A stretch of DNA of 64,000 bases from an uncultured Bifidobacteriaceae bacterium (GTDB lineage: Bacteria; Actinomycetota; Acidimicrobiia; IMCC26256; PALSA-555): positions 197,836 to 261,835 of the forward strand of contig CAZCUD010000002.1 in NCBI GenBank assembly GCA_964501785.1, read 5' to 3'. Below the pieces are notes generated by a model. It saw only the letters and a program-made list of their open reading frames with translations, searched no databases and was not told the DNA's origin. Positions 58,560-64,000 of the stretch are shown here, one piece after another. Every line of letters begins with the position of its first letter. The stretch's first letter is position 1. Position numbers and translations under genes: made by a program.

Positions 58560-59056
58560 TACGCGCGCCTTCGACCGGCCTTCTTCGTCGTCGCCTTCTT
58601 CGACGCAACCTTCTTCGCGGTGGTGCCCTTCGGTGTGCTCGCCGCGCGACGTGTCGTGGCCTTCGCGCCGTTCCCCCGCCGCGTCTGACGCTTGCGCGCC
58701 GGAGCGGGCTCGCTGCGCTCGACGACGGCACCATCGGCATCGAGCTCGACCCAGCGCCGACCCTCGGCGGCGAGCTCATCGGCGAGGTCGAGCGAGCTCC
58801 GCACCTCGTCCATCCGCGCCGACCACTCCGCGCGGACGATGGCCTGCTCCTTGGCGCTCAGCCCGTCGTAGGAGCGGCTGCCGGCGAGCACCTCGTTGAT
58901 GTCGCGCAGCGAGAGCGCACCCGACGCCTCGATCTCCCGCCCGATGCGAGCCCAATGCGCCACCTGCTGGGAGGCGCTCCGGCTCTGCGCCTCGCCCGCG
59001 AGCTTGGCCGAGGCGTACAGGTCGTCGTCGATGCGAGCCGGGGACGTCGTGGCCAT
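58559..59056 (-). CDS. RHH (ParD-like) antitoxin with Lys/Ala-rich tail
   Basis: RIDDDLY..SRSASQQVAHWARIGR; TAGTG overlap with the toxin. Confidence 0.82.
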   Translation of the reverse strand: MATTSPARIDDDLYASAKLAGEAQSRSASQQVAHWARIGREIEASGALSLRDINEVLAGSRSYDGLSAKEQAIVRAEWSARMDEVRSSLDLADELAAEGRRWVELDADGAVVERSEPAPARKRQTRRGNGAKATTRRAASTPKGTTAKKVASKKATTKKAGRRRA

Positions 59057-59152
59057 CCGGGGACCTCCGTTCCTCGATCGCTCCAACTGTAGCAATCTGC
59101 AACATCCTTGCGCGGAGCGCCTCCTCCTCGCGGGAGGCCAGCCGACGCGAAG

Positions 59153-59176
59153 CAGCGGCCTCCGAAGAGGCCGCTG
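59153..59176 (-). terminator. hairpin downstream of displaced tRNA-Gly fragment
   Basis: CAGCGGCCTC-4nt-GAGGCCGCTG, a perfect 10-bp stem. Confidence 0.7.
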
Positions 59177-59187
59177 CGTCAGGGATC

Positions 59188-59232
59188 TGGAGCGGACGAC
59201 GGGATTCGAACCCGCGACCCTCACCTTGGCAA
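59188..59232 (-). repeat. att site: 3' half of tRNA-Gly(GCC), 45-bp direct repeat with 62807-62851
   Basis: TGGAGCGGACGACGGGATTCGAACCCGCGACCCTCACCTTGGCAA is identical at both positions. Confidence 0.97.
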
Positions 59233-59375
59233 CCAGATAAGAGCCGGTCGTCCGTCGGTGTCCGTTGCGTGTGTGCAGGTCGTGCCTCTGCGTTGCCGTG
59301 CGACTTCGACGCCGCCGTACGCGATTGCGCTCTATCGATTTGGCAACAGCACTCTGCCAGACGGCGGCGGTCGAT

Positions 59376-59879
59376 CTATTCATCCAGCAGGCGCAACTCG
59401 GTGAGCACGTCATTGGCCGCGGAGAAGAGTTTCGAAAGGGGCACATCACCGCGGATCAGGTCATCAGGAGCCGCGACCGCCGTATAGCCACCTGAGAGCG
59501 TCAGCACCTGGAAGCGGACGCTTCCTGCGGTTGGAAGCGGGAAGCGCGTCGTCGGCTCGAACAGATCGAGCACCGCTTCAGCCTGAGCGACCACACGTTT
59601 GCTGAGAAGCGCGACGCGCGCGTGCTCGCCACCGCCGATCACCCCGCCGCCCGTCGAGAGATAGAGGCTCGTCGTCCCATCGGAGAGGGAAACGAGAGTC
59701 GAGGTTCCCTCATCGTGGGCAATCTCAGTGAGAACACAGAACACTCGCCCGGGATCCGAGGAGTCGAAGCCGAGGTCGCGTGCGTCGGTTCGAAGTATCA
59801 GGTCGCGGAGATCACCGTACGGCGACGAAGACCCAGCCGACTCTTGGCGCCGGTTCTTCCTCTTCCCGAAGAAGGCCAC
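59376..59879 (-). CDS. hypothetical protein (167 aa)
   Basis: GGAGG RBS before GTG; DGTTSLYLSTGGGVIGGGEH. Confidence 0.7.
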   Translation of the reverse strand: MAFFGKRKNRRQESAGSSSPYGDLRDLILRTDARDLGFDSSDPGRVFCVLTEIAHDEGTSTLVSLSDGTTSLYLSTGGGVIGGGEHARVALLSKRVVAQAEAVLDLFEPTTRFPLPTAGSVRFQVLTLSGGYTAVAAPDDLIRGDVPLSKLFSAANDVLTELRLLDE

Positions 59880-60056
59880 ATCGCCTCCGTCTCCCAGCGC
59901 TAGCGGATGAACGCCGCAGCTTCTCATCGAGCGCCTACAGGCGACGCGCAAACGCAGGCCTGAAAAGACGAACCCGCATGGGAATACACCTTTGCACGTC
60001 CCGCCCCTTCGGGCGGGACGTGCTCGCGAGCAACTCCGCGCGGACGTCCCTCCGGG

Positions 60057-60503
60057 CTAGAGATCTGGGTGGATCAGTTGAAGCGAAGGAAACTCTCGGC
60101 TCATGGTCTCGAAGTGCTTGAGGTTGTTCGTCAACACGGGCAGCGGCTCGGGCTGCGCGAGCGCGCTCGCGGCAACCCACATGTCGTTTGCGCCGCTGTC
60201 ACCGAACTGACCGCGGAACTTGGCGTGCAACTTCGCCCACCAGAGCGCGACGGCGTAGTCGACTGGAATGATCAAGTGACGCCGGATAAAGCCTTCGAGC
60301 GCGTCGCGCCTGCGTGCACCGAGCCGGATCACCTCCGCGGCGCCAAGCAGCTCACCGACCGAGGCGAACGCAAGGCACAACACGTGACCCTGCAAGAAGG
60401 GCGTGAAACGGTCCCTTGCCGCGCCTTCGCGTTCAAAGTGGACGTAGCTGGCTACGTCGGTGTCGACCAACAGGGGTCCGGGCGGAACGTCCTCGGGGGT
60501 CAC
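60057..60503 (-). CDS. PIN domain (VapC/FitB-like) nuclease
   Basis: LVDTDV, SVGEL, ANDMWVAASA and LTNNLKHF. Confidence 0.9.
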   Translation of the reverse strand: MTPEDVPPGPLLVDTDVASYVHFEREGAARDRFTPFLQGHVLCLAFASVGELLGAAEVIRLGARRRDALEGFIRRHLIIPVDYAVALWWAKLHAKFRGQFGDSGANDMWVAASALAQPEPLPVLTNNLKHFETMSREFPSLQLIHPDL

Positions 60504-61417
60504 GGGATCGCGTCAAGGAACGCCGCCGCCTCGTCCTCTGACGTTTCACCGTCAAACAACTCGTTCGGGTCGGCGACCTCGCTGATGCCCTGTTCGTTGG
60601 CTAGCTCCGCGATGGTTCGGCCCCGCCAGAACGCCTGACCGCCATCGTCAAGGACCTCGAGCTGTTCGGGCCGAACGAGCCTGCGGAGCTCCACGCTGGT
60701 AATACGACCGGTGCGAGGGTCGTACGCGACCACGCCCTGCAATTCGGTTTGGCGGCGGAGCCAAGTTTGGATCTCGTCGGCCTGGGCCTCATCGAATGCC
60801 ACTGGGACCCGGGTGTTATCGCTGGTCCGCACATGCGCGGTGTGTGACTCGAAATCCGCCTCGACCAAGGTTCCGACCACCCGATCCTCGCGTGCGGGTC
60901 GCTCACGAGCGCTGCGCCGTCGTTCCCGAAGTTGCACGACCTTTTCGGCATCCAATTGCGCCGACCGGCGACCCCGTCGCCGCGGGCGGCCAAGCGTCAC
61001 AGTCAGCCGTTCGTAGCGACTGCCGATTCCCAGCTCCTCGCCGAGAAGCGTGACCGCGTCCACGACGCGGTCATCCGCCGGCGACGAAGGATTGTCCACC
61101 AGCGCCAAGAGGTCAGCAGCAGCCAATTCCCCGAGGTGCATGTCCTCAAGATCGAGTTCATCAAGCCCGGCGCTCAACTCGGGGAGTTCAAGCTCCGCCA
61201 CAAGGCTTCCGCTTGAGATCCCGCGAAAGATCAGGTGTGTCGTCGCCTCAATTGCACCACCACGCCTCCCAGTCCGGGCCCGCCGGCCGACGCGCGCCTC
61301 GGCCGCCCGTGCGACAGCACGCTCTGTGCCCTCAAGCAGTCGAGCGACGTCCGTTGCCGGAATCGCTCCAATCCGGGCACTGGGCCCTTCAAGCCGCGCT
61401 TGGATGATCTCGCCCAT
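60500..61417 (-). CDS. hypothetical ~305 aa protein translationally coupled to the PIN gene
   Basis: GTGA overlap with PIN; acidic C-terminal tail. Start may be further upstream (61531). Confidence 0.75.
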   Translation of the reverse strand: MGEIIQARLEGPSARIGAIPATDVARLLEGTERAVARAAEARVGRRARTGRRGGAIEATTHLIFRGISSGSLVAELELPELSAGLDELDLEDMHLGELAAADLLALVDNPSSPADDRVVDAVTLLGEELGIGSRYERLTVTLGRPRRRGRRSAQLDAEKVVQLRERRRSARERPAREDRVVGTLVEADFESHTAHVRTSDNTRVPVAFDEAQADEIQTWLRRQTELQGVVAYDPRTGRITSVELRRLVRPEQLEVLDDGGQAFWRGRTIAELANEQGISEVADPNELFDGETSEDEAAAFLDAIP

Positions 61418-61523
61418 GCGAGTGATCGTCGCAGATGGTCGCCTTGCACGCACGACGTCTTCTCCTGGCTGACCCCTCGCAGCTTCGACCCTAGGGGTCC
61501 CCTGTGACAGGAGATCCACCCCC

Positions 61524-62657
61524 TCAGCCATCCGCTTCATCAAGAAGCCGGCCCAACAGATCCGCAGCCTTGTGATCCGTCGCCGCGATGAAGTGCGAGT
61601 ACACGTTGAGAGTTGTTGACGCCCTTGCGTGTCCGAGGCGGCCGGCCACGGTGGAGATGGGAACGCCGGCGGCGAGGAGCGTCGTCGCGACGTAGTGGCG
61701 CAGGTCGTGCAGCCGCACATGTTCGAGACCTGCAGCACGCCGTAGACGGCCGAATCGATTCGTCACGCCGTCCGGGCGCCAGGGCTTCGCGCCATCCGGC
61801 TCGAACGAGAACACGAACGATCTGCCGGCGATCGAGATCCCTGCCTGGTTCGCGCGGACCTGGGACCGGTCCGCGTGGGATCTCAGGAGGTCCGTGACGG
61901 ACTCGTCGATGGCGACCCGGTAGGCGCGCCCGTTCTTGGTGCCCTTGAGCACGACGCCGTTGGGACCGTCGACGACGCCGCGAGCGAACAGGATCGACCT
62001 CCCATCGAGGTCGACGTCGCGCCATTGGAGCCCGCACATCTGACTCCGGCGCGCTCCCGTCGACGCGGCGAGGCGCAGGTAGCAGTGCAGGTCGGGATCC
62101 TCGGTCTCGGCGAGCGCGAGCAGCCTCGCCATGTCGCTCGGACTCGGCGGCACGATCTCGGGTGCGGTCTCCTTGGGCAACGTCGCGAGCGCGGCCGGGT
62201 TCGTCGTGAGCCAGCCCCACTTGAGGCCCTGCTGCAGTGCTCGCCGCAGCACGGCATGGATGCGGCGCACGGTTGCAGGCGAGAGGGACTTCCCTCGCCT
62301 ACCGCCGGACGCCCGCAGCTCTGCGTAGAGCAGGTCGACGTCGTGCACGCCGAGGCTCCGGACCGCGACGTCGCCGATGCGCGGCTTCAGGTAACAGTCG
62401 ATGACGCTGCGGTGCTGCACGACGGCCCACGGCGTCCACGACGACTCGGCGATCTCGAACCACCGCTCGAGGAGCTCCCCGACCGTCTCGCCCTCGTGCT
62501 CGTCGGCCTCGACGACCAGGCGGGCGAGCTCGCGCTCGGCCTCGCGCTTGGTCCCTCGCACCGACCGGCGCAGGTACTTCCGACGTCCCTCGGCGTCGAC
62601 GCCGGCGTAGGCGACGATCTCCCAGGCCTTGCCCCGCTTGCGCATGTGGCCTCGCAC
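61524..62657 (-). CDS. int: tyrosine integrase of the tRNA-Gly islet
   Basis: TGARRSQ (R), HDLRH, RLGH and VYSH (Y). Confidence 0.95.
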   Translation of the reverse strand: MRGHMRKRGKAWEIVAYAGVDAEGRRKYLRRSVRGTKREAERELARLVVEADEHEGETVGELLERWFEIAESSWTPWAVVQHRSVIDCYLKPRIGDVAVRSLGVHDVDLLYAELRASGGRRGKSLSPATVRRIHAVLRRALQQGLKWGWLTTNPAALATLPKETAPEIVPPSPSDMARLLALAETEDPDLHCYLRLAASTGARRSQMCGLQWRDVDLDGRSILFARGVVDGPNGVVLKGTKNGRAYRVAIDESVTDLLRSHADRSQVRANQAGISIAGRSFVFSFEPDGAKPWRPDGVTNRFGRLRRAAGLEHVRLHDLRHYVATTLLAAGVPISTVAGRLGHARASTTLNVYSHFIAATDHKAADLLGRLLDEADG

Positions 62658-62729
62658 GGCCGCTCCTCCCGGCCAACCCGGTGGAGCGCCGGTCTCTCAA
62701 GGCGTTCGAGCGGCCGACATGCCCACACT

Positions 62730-62750
62730 TGATTGGCAGAGTGATTGGCA
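62730..62750. repeat. candidate arm sites 2 x TGATTGGCA (12-bp period)
   Basis: TGGCAGAGTG at 62734-62743 is the exact inverse of CACTCTGCCA at 59350-59359 near the other end. Confidence 0.5.
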
Positions 62751-62769
62751 ATCGCGCCCGGACGCGAAG

Positions 62770-62793
62770 CAGCGGCCTCCGGAGAGGCCGCTG
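62770..62793 (-). terminator. hairpin downstream of tRNA-Gly
   Basis: Perfect 10-bp stem, same as 59153-59176. Confidence 0.7.
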
Positions 62794-62806
62794 ACCTGCG
62801 CATTCT

Positions 62807-62882
62807 TGGAGCGGACGACGGGATTCGAACCCGCGACCCTCACCTTGGCAAGGTGATGCTCTACCAACTGAGCCACGTCCGC
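62807..62882 (-). tRNA. tRNA-Gly(GCC)
   Basis: GCGGACG acceptor stem, TCACC-TTGCCAA-GGTGA anticodon arm, GGTTCGAATCC T arm and encoded CCA; 76 nt. Confidence 0.97.
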
Positions 62883-63005
62883 GTGAGGCATCGAGGATAG
62901 CGCCCGGGAGCCCCTGGAGCGCATGGCGCCCGGACCCCTCCAAGCGCATGCTCCGGACGGCGACCGGGTATCCCGAGACGGACGCGACGCTCGGAGGTGA
63001 GTGCC

Positions 63006-63332
63006 ATGCCCCCTCGTGCATGGAGCGACAAGCGAGAACGCCAGTACGACCACATCAAGGACAGCCTCGAGGACCGCGGCTACGACGACGACACCGCCGA
63101 GGAGATCGCGGCCCGCACCGTCAACAAGGAGCGGGCGCGCGCGGGCGAGTCGAAGACGGCGAGCAAGACGTCGACCGATGACCTCTCCTCGGGTCGCCGT
63201 GGCGGCCTCCGCTCCCACAAGGGCGCAGGCGGGCGGACCTACGACCAGCTGTACGAGGAGGCCAAGGACAAGAACATCCGCGGCCGCTCGAAGATGAGCA
63301 AGAAGGAGCTCGAGCGGGCAGTGGGGCGCTGA
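63006..63332 (+). CDS. small basic protein with Rho-N-like C-terminal motif
   Basis: KRERQYDHIKDS; TYDQLYEEAKDKNIRGRSKMSKKELERAV. Confidence 0.8.
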   Translation: MPPRAWSDKRERQYDHIKDSLEDRGYDDDTAEEIAARTVNKERARAGESKTASKTSTDDLSSGRRGGLRSHKGAGGRTYDQLYEEAKDKNIRGRSKMSKKELERAVGR

Positions 63333-63334
63333 GC

Positions 63335-63544
63335 ATGCCGCAGACGACCGCCGCCGGGACCACGATCCCCGACGAGCTCGCGATCGCGCTGGCGGCCAAC
63401 GAGACCGCCCAGATCGCCTTCGACCATCTCGACCCGGCCCAACAGCGGGAGTGGGCCTCGCACGTGGACGATGCCGTGCAGCAGGACACCCGTCAGCGCC
63501 GAGCCGCGGAATGCGTCGAAGCGCTGACGCGGGGCGAGCCCTAG
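63335..63544 (+). CDS. YdeI/OmpD-associated domain small protein
   Basis: IPDELAIAL..AFDHLDPAQQREW..TRQRR. Confidence 0.7.
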   Translation: MPQTTAAGTTIPDELAIALAANETAQIAFDHLDPAQQREWASHVDDAVQQDTRQRRAAECVEALTRGEP

Positions 63545-64000
63545 CTCGGGAAGTCGACCACGTTGAGGGCGAGCGGCAGCTCGTTGCGGCGCGGGCCCGG
63601 CGCGGGCTCTTCGACGAAGCCGTCGTCCCCGAACGAGCCCACCACGTCGAAGTCGCTGATCTCGTAGGGCCAGTTGGTCGCGGCGAGTGGTGCCGGCCCG
63701 CGCATCACGTGGAAGTGCAGGTGCGGCTCGCTCGAGTTGCCGGTGCTGCCGAGACGACCGATCACCTCGCCGCGCTTCACCCGGTCGCCCTCCTCCACCG
63801 AGATCGAGTCCGGCTTGGCGTGGCTGTACAGCGCGTAGAAGCCGTCACCGAGATCGAGGATCACCGAGTTGCCGGCGAGCCGTTCGATCGGCAGTCCCTC
63901 GGGCAGCTCCTGTGGCGTGCCCTCCTCGAGCTCGTCGACGACCGACACGACCGTCGCGTCCGCGACCGCGAGCAGCGGCTCGTCGTACGCGAGGTACGAC
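63541..64000 (-). CDS. M23 family peptidase, C-terminal part (gene runs off the window)
   Basis: YSH and GSTGNSSEPHLHF. Confidence 0.85.
   Translation of the reverse strand, partial: SYLAYDEPLLAVADATVVSVVDELEEGTPQELPEGLPIERLAGNSVILDLGDGFYALYSHAKPDSISVEEGDRVKRGEVIGRLGSTGNSSEPHLHFHVMRGPAPLAATNWPYEISDFDVVGSFGDDGFVEEPAPGPRRNELPLALNVVDFPS

Larger units (their letters stand above)
59233..62806. mobile_element. minimal integrative islet at tRNA-Gly(GCC), ~3.6 kb
   Basis: 45-bp att repeats, integrase beside the tRNA and 3 cargo genes that look more AT-rich than the flanks (by eye). Confidence 0.92.

Noticed and set aside
59188-59232. second tRNA-Gly gene
   Set aside because: The D arm and 5' acceptor strand are missing; it is the att duplicate.
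59057-59449. N-terminal extension of the antitoxin ORF across the att site
   Set aside because: It translates the tRNA fragment; the real start is ATG 59056.
61532-61738. integrase-overlapping extension of the PIN partner ORF
   Set aside because: Off-frame reading of int; not protein-like.
1-64000. CRISPR array, rRNA, IS/transposase, prophage structural genes
   Set aside because: None recognised by eye; a profile search could still find degenerate copies.

Overview
High-GC actinobacterial DNA; the gene content suggests Acidimicrobiia (inference). A chromosomal backbone carries lipid/aromatic catabolism genes (acyl-CoA dehydrogenases, CoA ligases, amidase, Rieske oxygenase, amidohydrolases), cysD-cysN-cysC and assorted envelope/stress genes. 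It is interrupted by two tRNA-integrated elements. (1) A ~24.8 kb island (5798-30628) lies at tRNA-Val(GAC), bounded by a 46-bp direct repeat. Its backbone is a tyrosine integrase, Xis-like protein, VapBC, MOBF relaxase-helicase with a candidate R388-like nic site, ParA and a tandem-RHH partner. Its cargo is metal/redox genes: merA, two CmtR-like repressors, a P1B ATPase, two CopC-CopD fusions, CcdA/TlpA and a BlaI/BlaR-like pair. Five copies of a BlaI-type operator were found by eye in front of the redox/copper genes. (2) A ~3.6 kb islet (59233-62806) lies at tRNA-Gly(GCC), bounded by a 45-bp direct repeat. It holds an integrase and a three-gene cargo that includes a PIN toxin coupled to an unusually large (~305 aa) partner. 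A zeta-toxin/antitoxin pair sits just outside its left att. No CRISPR array, rRNA or transposase was seen. All product calls come from motifs read by eye; no searches were run.
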